A stretch of 64,000 bases of DNA. Source: an uncultured beta proteobacterium. Lineage in GTDB: Bacteria > Pseudomonadota > Gammaproteobacteria > Burkholderiales > Burkholderiaceae_F. The notes beneath the pieces are model-generated. The model ran no database searches. It was not told where the DNA came from and saw nothing but the letters and a program-made list of their open reading frames with translations. The position numbers and the translations under genes are program-made. The DNA lies in assembly GCA_963811265.1 (NCBI GenBank), contig CAWEQS010000026.1, forward strand, positions 567,756 through 631,755, written 5' to 3'. Below, in pieces: positions 1-11,667 of the stretch (positions are counted from its first letter, which is position 1; each line of letters opens with the position of its first letter).

Positions 1-1034
1 GCGAGCCGAACGGGGCGCTCGCGCACTTGGTCGCCGTCGCGAGTGAGCTGGGTCATCACGTGCCGCTGCTCCGGCATGAACTGCCGGACCAGCCAGACGA
101 ACTGGCTGTAGTCGCCGCCACCGTTGCCGCGCAGGTCGAGCACCAGCGCGCGCGACGTGCCGGCGGAGCGCAGTGCGCGCTCGATGTCGCCGCGATTGCG
201 CACGGAGAAGCGGTTCAGCTTCACGACCGCCACCCCCGAGGACAGCGTGATCGTCGTCACCGTCGGCGGGCGCACCAGCGGCTCGGGTTGCAGCACGACC
301 TCGAAGGTCGAATCCGGATCGCGACTGATCGTCACCCGCTGCGCCCGCGGCGGCTCGTCGGGCGCGCGCTGCAGGGCACGGCGCACGGCGCGCAGCTGCG
401 CGAAGCGCATCGCCTCGTCGGCGAGCGCCGGCAGTGCCTCCGGCGACGTGATGTCCTCGCCGGTCAGCGGCAGGTGGCGGGCCGCCGCGAGGAACTTCGC
501 GTCGAACCGATGCGAGTCGATCGCCAGCACGACGTCGCCGCGCTTCAGGCCGGCGCGCGCGGCCGGCGAGTCACTGTCGACGTCGACGATCACGAGCTGG
601 TCGTCGATCACGTTGAGGGCGGCGCCGGTCGCCAGGGCCGCGAAGCGGCGGTGATCCGCGCTCTCGCGCGGCGTGACGATGCGCGTGTGCGAGTCGTTCA
701 GCTCGCGCGCCATCGACTTCAGTGCGAGGTAGAACTGCGCATCGGTCTTCGCGCCCGCCACGCGCGGCCGGTACTTGTCGCGGATGGCCGGCCAGTCGAC
801 GCCGTTCAGGCGCGGGTCGTAGTAGCGCTCCGCGATCACCTTCCACGCGCGCTGCTGCACGTCGATCCGCTTGGCCTCGGTGGCGAAGTCTCCGCTCAGC
901 CCTTCCTGCGACACGAGCGGGACGTCCTCCGCGAGGTCCGCCACCATGCCCGCCGCCGGGCGCGCCGGCAGGGACGCGCACGCGGCCAGCGCCGCCAGTG
1001 CGACGGCGACGAGCAACGGGCGCAGGAGAGTCAT
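1..1034 (-). CDS. S41 family C-terminal processing (tail-specific) peptidase, lipoprotein; N-terminal part only, the 3' end runs off the left edge
   Basis: My own minus-strand translation from the ATG at 1032-1034 gives MTLLRPLLVAVALAALAAC (lipobox). It continues into a PDZ-like GLKRGDVVLAID block and the S41-typical LVLDLRGNGGG. The ORF is missing from the track because it is truncated by the window edge. Confidence 0.75.
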   Translation of the reverse strand, partial: MTLLRPLLVAVALAALAACASLPARPAAGMVADLAEDVPLVSQEGLSGDFATEAKRIDVQQRAWKVIAERYYDPRLNGVDWPAIRDKYRPRVAGAKTDAQFYLALKSMARELNDSHTRIVTPRESADHRRFAALATGAALNVIDDQLVIVDVDSDSPAARAGLKRGDVVLAIDSHRFDAKFLAAARHLPLTGEDITSPEALPALADEAMRFAQLRAVRRALQRAPDEPPRAQRVTISRDPDSTFEVVLQPEPLVRPPTVTTITLSSGVAVVKLNRFSVRNRGDIERALRSAGTSRALVLDLRGNGGGDYSQFVWLVRQFMPEQRHVMTQLTRDGDQVRERPVRL

Positions 1035-1120
1035 TGCTGCTCAGGCGGTGAAACGGAGGCGGCGGAGTGCGAGGCTATCGCAGGACGCTTCCGACGGATG
1101 TGCCGCCCCAGGCGGTGCGG

Positions 1121-2557
1121 TCAGGCGTGTTCGCCGACGCGCACGATTTTGAGCGTGTTGGTGCCGCCGGCCTGGCCCATGGGCTCGCCGACGGTCAGCA
1201 CGATCAGGTCGCCCCGGCGCACCACGCCCCGCTCGAGCAGGAGCTTCTCCGCCGCCGCGAGCGAGGCGTCACGGTCCGCGAGCGTCGGGAAGTGCAGCGG
1301 GCGCACGTTCCGGTACAGCGCCAGGCGGCGCGCCGTGGCCACGCTCGCGGTCAGGGCGTAGATCGGGATGTCGACGTCGTGGCGGCTCATCCAGAGCGTC
1401 GTCGAACCCGACTCGGTCAAGGCGCAGATCGCGGCGCAGCGCAGGTGGTAGGCGGTGAAGAGCGCGCCGTAGGCGATGGACTGGTCGACCCGGTCGAACG
1501 TCCGGTTGACGAACTGCAGGTCGAGCTCGACCTGCTCGGAGCGGTCGGCCTCGGTGACGATCGACGCCATCGTCTCGACGACTTCGACCGGATACTTGCC
1601 CGCCGCGGTCTCCGCCGACAGCATCACCGCGTCGGTTCCGTCGAGCACGGCGTTGGCGACGTCGCTGACCTCGGCGCGCGTCGGCGACGCGTTGACGATC
1701 ATCGACTCCATCATCTGCGTCGCGGTGATGGCGAGCTTGTTGCTCTCCTTCGCCATCTTGATCATGCGCTTCTGCAGGGCGGGAACGGCGGCGTTGCCGA
1801 CCTCGACCGCGAGGTCGCCGCGCGCGACCATGATGCCGTCGGCCGCGTCGAGGATCTCGCGCAGCAGCGGAATCGCCTCGGCGCGCTCGATCTTCGCGAT
1901 GATCTGCGGCTTGATGCCGTGCTTCGCGCCGGCGATCGTCGCCAGCTGGCGCGCCATCTCGACGTCGGTGCGGTTCTTCACGAACGACACGGCGACGAAG
2001 TCGGCCCCGCACTGCATCGCGGTGTCGATGTCGCGCACGTCCTTGCCGGTCAGGGCGGGCGCGGACAGCCCTCCGCCCTGCTTGTTGATGCCCTTGTTGT
2101 TCGACAGTTCGCCGCCGATGCGGACGATGGTGTGGATCTCGTCCAGCGTCACGCGCTCGACGTCGAGCACGATCAGGCCGTCGTTCAGCAGCAGCGTGTC
2201 GCCCGCCTTCACGTCCTTCGGCAGGTCCTTGTAATCGAGGCCCGAGCGTTCGGCGTTGCCGAGTTCGTCCCTGGCGTCCAGGACGAACCGCGCGCCCGGC
2301 TTCAGGGTGACCCGGCCGCCCTCGAACTTGCCGACGCGGACCTTCGGGCCCTGCAGGTCCGCCATGATGGCGACGTCGATGCCGATCTTCGCGGACGTCT
2401 CGCGCACGAGCCGCGCGCGCGCGAGGTGGTCCTCGGCGGTGCCGTGGGAGAAGTTGAAGCGGACTACGTCGACGCCGGCGGTCAGCATGCGCTCGAGCAC
2501 GAGCGGATCGCTGGAGGCGGGGCCGAGCGTCGCGACGATCTTGGTGCTGCGTGCCAT
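1121..2557 (-). CDS. pyk: pyruvate kinase
   Basis: 478-aa ORF. N-terminus MARSTKIVATLGPAS and the MVARGDLAVE block are typical of pyruvate kinase. It is the last gene of the tkt-gap-pgk-pyk cluster. Confidence 0.95.
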   Translation of the reverse strand: MARSTKIVATLGPASSDPLVLERMLTAGVDVVRFNFSHGTAEDHLARARLVRETSAKIGIDVAIMADLQGPKVRVGKFEGGRVTLKPGARFVLDARDELGNAERSGLDYKDLPKDVKAGDTLLLNDGLIVLDVERVTLDEIHTIVRIGGELSNNKGINKQGGGLSAPALTGKDVRDIDTAMQCGADFVAVSFVKNRTDVEMARQLATIAGAKHGIKPQIIAKIERAEAIPLLREILDAADGIMVARGDLAVEVGNAAVPALQKRMIKMAKESNKLAITATQMMESMIVNASPTRAEVSDVANAVLDGTDAVMLSAETAAGKYPVEVVETMASIVTEADRSEQVELDLQFVNRTFDRVDQSIAYGALFTAYHLRCAAICALTESGSTTLWMSRHDVDIPIYALTASVATARRLALYRNVRPLHFPTLADRDASLAAAEKLLLERGVVRRGDLIVLTVGEPMGQAGGTNTLKIVRVGEHA

Positions 2558-2560
2558 GGG

Positions 2561-2995
2561 TCAGATCCGGTTTGTGCGCGCGCGGACGAGGTCGACTTCG
2601 TACGTCGTCACCTCGATCGGGTTGCCGTCGCGGTCGTTGAAGTAGAGCGACAGCGACAGCGCGTGGTCCTGCAGGTGCGGCGGCGACGGGCGCCGGCGCT
2701 TGTCGAACAGCGGCAGCTGCGGGGCGCGCTTGTGGAAGTGGACGAACGCGGCGCCGTCGACGCGCAGGGCGACCGTCGTGGCCTTGCCCGCGCGCTTCGC
2801 GTCCTCGAACAGGGCGAGGTGCGTCACGCCGTCACCGGCGGTCAGCGTCAGCGGGCCGCCGAGCTCCCGCGCCCAGCTTCCGAAGCGGGCATCCTTGCGG
2901 AACCCGAGCACGCTGCCATACCACTTCGCCGCCTCGGCCCGGTCGCGCACGTAGACGTGCACGTGGTCGAGCCCTTCGACGCGGAAACGGGTCAT
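2561..2995 (-). CDS. VOC (glyoxalase/bleomycin-resistance/dioxygenase) family protein
   Basis: 144-aa C-terminal part of the composite 2561-4465 ORF, starting [32 protein letters not shown]. The ATG at 2993-2995 overlaps the pgk stop (ATGA). It ends 3 nt before the pyk start. Confidence 0.8.
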   Translation of the reverse strand: MTRFRVEGLDHVHVYVRDRAEAAKWYGSVLGFRKDARFGSWARELGGPLTLTAGDGVTHLALFEDAKRAGKATTVALRVDGAAFVHFHKRAPQLPLFDKRRRPSPPHLQDHALSLSLYFNDRDGNPIEVTTYEVDLVRARTNRI

Positions 2996-4191
2996 GTTGC
3001 GCGCTGCTGGAGGATGTCGATGGCCGGCAGGCCCTTGCCTTCGAGGAACTCGAGGAAGGCGCCGCCGCCGGTCGAGATGTAGCTGACGCGATCGCCGATG
3101 TGGTACTTGGCGATCGCCGCCAGCGTGTCTCCGCCGCCGGCGATGGAGAACGCGCCGTTCGCGGTGGCCTCCGCGACGGCCAGCGCGAGCTGGTGCGTGC
3201 CGTCGGCGAACGCGTCGAACTCGAACACGCCCACCGGCCCGTTCCAGATGATCGTGCCCGCCGAGCGGACGATGTGGCCGAGCGCCAGCGCGCTCGACGG
3301 CCCGATGTCCAGGATCATCTCGTCGGGCTTCACGTCGTCGGCCCGCCGCACGTGGGCCGGCGCGGTCGCCGAGAATTCCTTCGCGACGACGACGTCGATC
3401 GGCAGCGGCAGGGTCGCGCCCTTGGCGCCCAGCGTCGCCAGCACCTTCTTGCACTCCGGCACGAGGTCCGGCTCCGCCAGCGACTTGCCGATGGGGAAGC
3501 CTTCCGCGAGGAGGAAGGTGTTGGCGATGCCGCCGCCGACGATCAGCCGGTCGACCTTCTGCGCGAGGTTGTTCAGGATCGTCAGCTTGGTCGAGACCTT
3601 CGAGCCCGCGACGATCGCGACCAGCGGGCGCTTCGGGTTGCCGAGCGCGCGGGACAGCGCGTCGATCTCGCCGGCCATCAACGGGCCGGCGCAGGCGATC
3701 GGGGCGTACTTCGCGATGCCGTGCGTCGTGGCCTCGGCGCGATGCGCGGTGCCGAACGCGTCGTTCACGTACACGTCGGCGAGCCGGGCCATCTTCTGCG
3801 CCAGCTCGTCCGAGTTCTTCTTCTCGCCCTTGTTGACGCGGCAGTTCTCGAGCAGCACGACCTGGCCCGGCTGGACCTGCACGCCGTCGACCCAGTTCGC
3901 GATCAGCGGAACCTCGCGACCGAGCAGTTCGCCGAGGCGCTTCGCCACGGGCGCCAGCGAATCCTCCGGCTTGAACTCGCCTTCGGTGGGACGGCCGAGG
4001 TGCGACGTGACCATCACCGCCGCGCCGGCGTCGAGCGCCGTGCGGATCGCCGGCACCGACGCGCGGATCCGCGTGTCCTCGGTGATGTTCCCGGAATCGT
4101 CCTGCGGAACGTTGAGGTCGGAGCGAATGAAGACACGACGGCCGGCGAGTTGGCCGCTGGAAGCCAGTTGAGCGAGGGTGTTGACGCGCAT
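2992..4191 (-). CDS. pgk: phosphoglycerate kinase
   Basis: 399-aa [12 protein letters not shown], the GTAHRAEAT-type block and the C-terminal [14 protein letters not shown] are classic Pgk motifs. Confidence 0.96.
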   Translation of the reverse strand: MRVNTLAQLASSGQLAGRRVFIRSDLNVPQDDSGNITEDTRIRASVPAIRTALDAGAAVMVTSHLGRPTEGEFKPEDSLAPVAKRLGELLGREVPLIANWVDGVQVQPGQVVLLENCRVNKGEKKNSDELAQKMARLADVYVNDAFGTAHRAEATTHGIAKYAPIACAGPLMAGEIDALSRALGNPKRPLVAIVAGSKVSTKLTILNNLAQKVDRLIVGGGIANTFLLAEGFPIGKSLAEPDLVPECKKVLATLGAKGATLPLPIDVVVAKEFSATAPAHVRRADDVKPDEMILDIGPSSALALGHIVRSAGTIIWNGPVGVFEFDAFADGTHQLALAVAEATANGAFSIAGGGDTLAAIAKYHIGDRVSYISTGGGAFLEFLEGKGLPAIDILQQRAT

Positions 4192-4223
4192 GGGAGGCGG
4201 GAGTTGTTCCGGAGGACCGCGCG

Positions 4224-4895
4224 TTGCGCGCGGTGCAGGGCGAGTTGGGCATTATACGAGCCGCTTCCCGACGAACGCCCGTGCGCACACTCCGACTGTC
4301 TCCCCCTGAACGCGCCGCGATCGGCCTGGCGATCGCGCTGCTCGCGCTCCACGCGTTGGCGCCGGGGGATGCGCTCGAGTACCAGCGCAGCGCCCTCGCC
4401 CGGCAGCCCTGGCGCGTCCTCACGGGCCACCTGGTGCACATCAACTGGCCGCACGCGCTGATCAACGCCGCGGCGTTGTGGATCGTCGCGCGGCTCTACG
4501 CCCCGGACCTGTCCGCGACCCGCCAGGCGATCGCGCTGGCAGCATCGGCGCTGGCGATCAGTGCGTCGCTCGCATGGCTGCATCCGGACATCGAGTGGTA
4601 CCGGGGCCTGTCGGGAGCGCTGCACGGCCTGTTCTTCGCCGGCGCAGCCAAGTGGCTGCTGGCGGAACGCCCGCGCAGCCTGGGGCGGCTGTGGATGCCC
4701 GCCCTGCTCTTCCTCGGTGGATGGATGAAGGTCGTGCTCGAGCAGCCGTTCAACGGCGCGCTGCCACGCGCCGACTGGCTCGGCGCGGCCGTCGTGCCGC
4801 AGGCGCACCTGGCCGGCGCCGCGTGCGGAACCGTGCTCGGCGCGCTATTCGCGGCGGCGAAGGCGCGCGCCGGCGAGCAGCGCGACGAGCAGTAG
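4224..4895 (+). CDS. rrtA: rhombosortase (rhomboid-family intramembrane serine protease for GlyGly-CTERM proteins)
   Basis: Multi-TM protein with [20 protein letters not shown], the rhomboid GxSG (GLSGALHG) and a later His (AHLAGAACG). It is adjacent to a GlyGly-CTERM protein. The start is uncertain: TTG at 4224, or an in-frame GTG at 4281 that would give about 204 aa. Confidence 0.8.
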   Translation: MRAVQGELGIIRAASRRTPVRTLRLSPPERAAIGLAIALLALHALAPGDALEYQRSALARQPWRVLTGHLVHINWPHALINAAALWIVARLYAPDLSATRQAIALAASALAISASLAWLHPDIEWYRGLSGALHGLFFAGAAKWLLAERPRSLGRLWMPALLFLGGWMKVVLEQPFNGALPRADWLGAAVVPQAHLAGAACGTVLGALFAAAKARAGEQRDEQ

Positions 4896-6587
4896 CAACT
4901 GTCCGAGCGGCAGTGCGCCGCCTCCGCCACCGCCGCCGACCGGCGGCGCTGGTCTGGGAGCGGCCGCCGCCACCGCCGCGCCTACGTCGAGCAGTCCGGC
5001 ACCGCACATGCCGGCGAACGCGCCATTGGCCGCGCAGGCGCTTCCGGCCGGGAACGGGCGCACGTTGGTGGTCAGAAAGGCCCGGATCTGTGCCGGCGTG
5101 GCCGCGGGAGCCACTGCAGCCAGCAATGCCGCCGCGCCGGCGACCTGCGGCGCCGCCACGCTCGTTCCCGTGAATCCGGTGTAGGCGGCGCCGGTGCGTC
5201 CTCGCGAATCGAAGCTCCATGGATCCGTCGCGCCATAGAGCACCGTCGACCAGATGAAGTAGCCGGTCCAGGTGTCATCGTCCGTCGGTCCTCCTGCGCC
5301 AAGCTGAACGGGAGATCCTCCACCTGGCGCGCTGATCGTCACGCCCGTTCCGATGTTCGCGTAGTCGGCGTTTTCGCCGACGATCGTGTGGCCCGTCACC
5401 GCGATGACGCCCGTGCAGTTGGCCGGCGACACGAGCGAAAGGCTGCCTTCGTTTCCTGATGCGGCGACGACGACCGCGCCTGCGGCGATCGCCGCGTCCA
5501 CGGCAGACTGCGTGTGGTTGGAGCACGGCTCGCTGCTCCCGAGGCTGAGGCTGATCACCCGCGCCGGCGTCGGGTTCGCCGGGACGCCCGCCACGTCGAG
5601 TCCCGCCGCCCAGCGGATCGCATCCGCGATGTCGGACAACGATCCGCCGCACCTGCCGAGCGCGCGGAGAGGCTGCACGCGGACGTTCCAGCCGATGCCG
5701 GCGATGCCCGTCCCGTTGTTGCCGGTCGCCGCGACGACGCCGGCCATGTGCGTCCCGTGCCAGCTGCTCTCCAGCGGCCCGGACGTGCCGTCCTCGCACG
5801 AGTCGGCCGCAGCCAGCCAGTCCCCGGGGTCCGTCGGATCGGGATCGCGCCCGTCGCCGTCGTTCGCGACGAAGTTCGGCGCCAGCACCGGGCTGCCGAC
5901 ATCGGACGAAACGAAGTCGTAGCCGCCGACGAATCGCCCGGACGGCACATACGGCGCAGGCGTGGCGACGCCGTTGAGGTCGGGATGGTTGACGATGCCG
6001 GTGTCGATGACCGCCACGACGACGCCGCCGGATCCACCCTGGGTGATGTCCCATGCCGGCGGCAGGTTGGCGCCCCCGGTCGCGACGGCGGACTTCGAGC
6101 CGTTGCCGCCGAGCAGCGTTCCCGTGAACGTCGTCGTCGGCTCGAACAGGTTCCACTGCCAACCGGCGTAGCGCGGATCGTTGGGGACCGCCAGCCGCTT
6201 GAACATCACGTCGGGCTCCGCGTACTCGACGCCAGGCTGACGCGCGAGCGCCGCGGCGACGTTCCTCGCCTCGGCGAGAGGCATGGGAGCACGCATTGCC
6301 ACCAGCGAAGCTCCGCCCGCCATGTCGCGCACGTGCGCCAGTTCGGCGCCCATGGCGAGTCCGAACTCCCGCAGGCGAGCGCGGCCGGCGACGGTCGTTC
6401 CGGTCGAGCCGTCGCGCAGCTTCACGATCAGGTGGTGCACGGGCTGGGAAGGCTTCGCCCGCGCGGTGGCGGGAATGCCCTGCAGCAGCGCCTGCTTGGG
6501 AGTGACGGTGCCCGCGGAACTTGCGATCGTCGAGACGACGACCGAAACCGCTGCAATCACCGCCACCGTGATGTGTCGCATCGCCAT
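4845..6587 (-). CDS. secreted S8 (subtilisin-like) serine peptidase with C-terminal GlyGly-CTERM sorting domain
   Basis: Signal peptide MAMRHITVAVIAAVSVVVSTIASSAG and an I9-like propeptide. Catalytic Asp (VAVIDTGI), His (HGTHMAGVVAA) and Ser (GTSVAAPQVAG) are present. The C-terminus is [30 protein letters not shown]. Confidence 0.9.
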   Translation of the reverse strand: MAMRHITVAVIAAVSVVVSTIASSAGTVTPKQALLQGIPATARAKPSQPVHHLIVKLRDGSTGTTVAGRARLREFGLAMGAELAHVRDMAGGASLVAMRAPMPLAEARNVAAALARQPGVEYAEPDVMFKRLAVPNDPRYAGWQWNLFEPTTTFTGTLLGGNGSKSAVATGGANLPPAWDITQGGSGGVVVAVIDTGIVNHPDLNGVATPAPYVPSGRFVGGYDFVSSDVGSPVLAPNFVANDGDGRDPDPTDPGDWLAAADSCEDGTSGPLESSWHGTHMAGVVAATGNNGTGIAGIGWNVRVQPLRALGRCGGSLSDIADAIRWAAGLDVAGVPANPTPARVISLSLGSSEPCSNHTQSAVDAAIAAGAVVVAASGNEGSLSLVSPANCTGVIAVTGHTIVGENADYANIGTGVTISAPGGGSPVQLGAGGPTDDDTWTGYFIWSTVLYGATDPWSFDSRGRTGAAYTGFTGTSVAAPQVAGAAALLAAVAPAATPAQIRAFLTTNVRPFPAGSACAANGAFAGMCGAGLLDVGAAVAAAAPRPAPPVGGGGGGGALPLGQLLLLVALLAGARLRRRE

Positions 6588-6740
6588 CGAGGTCTTCCTG
6601 TGTCCGGCGCTTTCGCTCCGGCGTAGCGTAACCGGCCCGTTGGACAGGCCCCGCCTCGGCGAAGCGGACTAACGCTTAGCGGCCGAGGACGCCTGCGCGT
6701 TGACCGCCCTGGCAGCGGGCAGTTCCCTTCGACGCCGCGC

Positions 6741-6769
6741 AAGGAGAAAGCGCCCCTCTGGGGGGCGCT
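6741..6769 (-). terminator. hairpin terminator downstream of gap
   Basis: Plus strand reads AGCGCCCC-tctg-GGGGGCGCT preceded by aaggagaa. On the minus strand the GC stem is followed by TTCTCCTT, 12 nt after the gap stop. Confidence 0.5.
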
Positions 6770-6780
6770 CGTCGCCGGGG

Positions 6781-7787
6781 TTACTTCGCCTGCATCAGCG
6801 CGACGGTCGTGTCGAGCATGCGGTTGCTGAAGCCCCACTCGTTGTCGTACCACGACGACACCTTCACGAGCCGGCCGGACACCTTGGTCAGCGTCGAGTC
6901 GAAGATCGAAGAACGCGCATCGTGGTTGAAGTCGCTGGAGACGAGCGGGTCGGCGTTGTAGCCGAGCACGCCCGCGAGCTCGCCTTCGGAAGCCGCCTTC
7001 ATGATGGCGTTGACTTCCTCCACCGTCGTGTCGCGCGCGGCGATGAACGACAGGTCGACGATCGACACGTTGATCGTCGGAACGCGGATCGCGTAGCCGT
7101 CGAGCTTGCCGTTCAGCTCGGGCAGCACGAGGCCGACGGCGGCCGCGGCGCCGGTCTTGGTCGGGATCATGTTCTGGGCCGCGGCGCGGGCACGGCGCAG
7201 GTCCTCGTGATAGACGTCGGTCAGCACCTGGTCGTTGGTGTAGGCGTGCACGGTCGTCATCAACCCGTTCACCAGCCCGATCTTGTCGTTCAGCGGCTTG
7301 ACCATCGGCGCCAGGCAGTTCGTGGTGCACGAGGCGTTGGAGATCACCGTGTGCGCCGCCTTCAGCGTGCCGTGGTTGACGCCGTAGACGATGGTCGCGT
7401 CGACGTCCTTGCCGCCCGGCGCGGAGATGATCACCTTCTTCGCGCCGCCCTTCAGGTGCGCGGATGCCTTCTCCTTGGTGGTGAAGAAGCCGGTGCACTC
7501 GAGCACGACGTCCACGCCGAGCGCGGCCCACGGCAGTTCGGCCGGGTTGCGGTTGGCCAGCACCTTGATGCGATCGCCGTTGACGACCATCGAGTCGCCG
7601 TCCACCGCGACCGTTCCGGGGAACGTGCCGTGCGTGGTGTCGTACTTGGTCAGGTGCGCGTTGGTCTTCGGGTCGCCCAGGTCGTTGATGGCGACGATCT
7701 GGATGTCGTGCTTCTTGCCGCCCTCGTAGTGGGCGCGGAGGATGTTGCGGCCGATGCGGCCATAGCCGTTGATGGCGATCTTGATGG

Positions 7788-7791
<4 letters not shown>
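6781..7791 (-). CDS. gap: type I glyceraldehyde-3-phosphate dehydrogenase
   Basis: 336 aa, starting [16 protein letters not shown] with the active-site [12 protein letters not shown]. The ATG at 7789-7791 overlaps the tkt stop (ATGA). Confidence 0.96.
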
Positions 7792-9830
<2,039 letters not shown>

Positions 9831-10337
9831 GGGAAGCCAGTCAGGAAGTGTGAAAGCCGGAACGGACCCGCGGGGCGCATGGGGCGGCCGAGGGAAAACG
9901 CGAATTTTAGCAAAGGGGGCGCGCCCGGCCTGCGCGCTGGAATCCTCCGTGACCGCCTTCACGCTCCCGATGCGGCCGGCACCGCCGCAAGGCCGAAGCC
10001 AGTGGGAGTCGAGTCCGCACTCGACGCCCGCAGCGGAAATGCGCCCGGGCGGAGTTCAAATGGCAGGCGATTTGGGCTACCATCCCACGCTTTCCGAAAT
10101 TCGATCCGGAACACCAACCAGGACGCAACGGGCGCCGGGCCTCGCGGCAGCACAGGCAACACGCAGCACGCGAGCAAAGGCAACGAGCCGCTAGGCAGCA
10201 TCTCCCGCCAGAGCCAGCAGGGCAGCGCAAGCTGCATCGACTCGCGTGCCGCGCCACAGCGTGCGAGTCCCGGATCGTGGGGTTGCGACGCAGGTCGCGA
10301 TTCAGGTCGATTAGGGCGGACCTGCTGGGGGACGAAG

Positions 10338-10715
10338 ATGCAAGGCCTTCACCTGACTGGCGATCTGTTCGAATGCGGCTGCAGCGCAGCCTTGCTGACG
10401 GATCTTGAGACTCTTTCCACGCTGTGCCGCAACGCCACGAACGACTCGACGCTGACGATCGTCGACGACAAGTGGCACGTCTTTCCTGACTGGAACGGGC
10501 AACCCGGCGGCATCACCGGGACGATCCTGCTCGCCGAGTCGCACCTCGCGATCCACACGTGGCCCGAGCGCGCGGGCGTCACGCTCGACGTCTATGTGTG
10601 CAACTTCACCGCGGACAACACCGGCAAGGCCGAGCAGCTCTTCGAAGCCCTGACGATGGCGTTCCGCCCGAAGAGCCAGGTCGTCAATCGCATCATCCGC
10701 GGCGACCTCGCGGCC
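10338..10715 (+). CDS. speD: S-adenosylmethionine decarboxylase proenzyme domain (small SpeH/class 1 type). It has no in-frame stop and is probably the N-terminal half of a speD-speE fusion broken by a 1-nt indel.
   Basis: MQGLHLTGDLFECG...TILLAESHLAIHTWPE (Glu-Ser self-processing site)...VYVCNF. The domain ends near 10710, but the frame stays open to 11687. The 3' end given is nominal. Confidence 0.7.
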
Positions 10716-10716
10716 G

Positions 10717-11667
10717 ATGTCGCGGCGCAGGCAGGCCGAGAAGCAGGCGGCGGGCGACGTCGCCAGGAGCGAACTGATCTTCGACTGGCTCAACGCGCAC
10801 TCCGGCTACGGTTACACCGCGACCGCGAAGCTGGCGGACATCCAGTCGCCGTACCAGCGCGTCGAGGTGTACGACACGCAGCAGTTCGGGAAGCTCTTCC
10901 GGCTCGACGGGCGCCTGATGACGTCCGAGGGAGACGAGTTCTTCTATCACGAGTGCATGACGCACCCGGCCGCGCTCGCGCATCCGAATCCCGAGTCGAT
11001 CCTGGTGATCGGCGGCGGCGACGGCGGCTCGTCGGAGGAACTGTTCAAGCACCCGAGCGTCAAGCGCATCGTGATGGCGGAGCTCGATCCGGTCGTCATC
11101 GACATCTCGAAGAAGTGGCTGGGCTCGATCCACAAGGGCGCGTTCAGCGATCCGCGCCTCGAGGTGAGGATCGGGGACGGCTTCGAGTACGTGAAGTCGA
11201 CGCAGGAGCGCTTCGACATGATCGTCCTCGATCTCACCGATCCGGACACGCCGGCCTTCCACCTGTACTCGGAAGAGTTCTTCCGGATGTGCCAGCGCAT
11301 CCTGAAGCCGGGCGGCATGCTGACGCTGCACCTCGGGTCGCCGGTGTACCAGGCCGACACGGTGCGCAAGAACGCCGCGAACCTGCGCAAGGTGTTCCGC
11401 CACGTCGCGCCGATGTCGCTGTTCATCCCGTTGTACGGCTCGCTGTGGTGCCTGGCGGTCGCGAGCGACTCGATCGACCCGCGATCGCTGTCGACCGACA
11501 CCATCGCGCAGCGGACGAACGACCGTCGCATCGGCGGGCTCCGCTACTACTACCCGGGCCTGCACCAGGCGCTATTCACGCTGCCGCTCTTCGTGCAGGA
11601 GCTGACGCAGCCGCCGAGTTCGGCGTCCGGAAGCACGCCCCGCGTGCCGCAGCTGCGCGCGGCCTGA
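10717..11667 (+). CDS. speE: spermidine synthase (polyamine aminopropyltransferase)
   Basis: 316 aa. Motifs include YQRVEVYDTQQFGKLFRLDG, DEFFYHECMTHP, VLVIGGGDGG and MIVLDLTDP. Confidence 0.92.
   Translation: MSRRRQAEKQAAGDVARSELIFDWLNAHSGYGYTATAKLADIQSPYQRVEVYDTQQFGKLFRLDGRLMTSEGDEFFYHECMTHPAALAHPNPESILVIGGGDGGSSEELFKHPSVKRIVMAELDPVVIDISKKWLGSIHKGAFSDPRLEVRIGDGFEYVKSTQERFDMIVLDLTDPDTPAFHLYSEEFFRMCQRILKPGGMLTLHLGSPVYQADTVRKNAANLRKVFRHVAPMSLFIPLYGSLWCLAVASDSIDPRSLSTDTIAQRTNDRRIGGLRYYYPGLHQALFTLPLFVQELTQPPSSASGSTPRVPQLRAA

Noticed and set aside
27-1361. 444-aa plus-strand ORF, plus the overlapping 124-654, 722-1051 and 871-1152 ORFs
   Set aside because: It has an Arg/Ala/Gly-rich composition with no motifs. 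It is antisense to a well-supported S41 peptidase gene, so it is a typical GC-rich off-strand artefact.
1067-3082. 671-aa plus-strand ORF
   Set aside because: It is antisense to pyruvate kinase and the VOC gene, and its composition is dominated by R, A, G, D and V.
2561-4465. 634-aa minus-strand ORF spanning the pgk region
   Set aside because: Only its last 144 codons (the VOC protein) look real. The upstream part is an out-of-frame read through pgk and is Arg/Gly/Pro-rich.
10200-10337. Possible SAM/SAH riboswitch upstream of speD
   Set aside because: I could not identify the conserved cores of the known SAM or SAH classes by eye. I left it only as a low-interest gap.
10559-10777. 72-aa ORF that could supply an alternative stop for speD via a -1 shift
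   Set aside because: The resulting tail is pure Arg/Gly/Pro junk. The +1 junction into speE gives a sensible linker instead.
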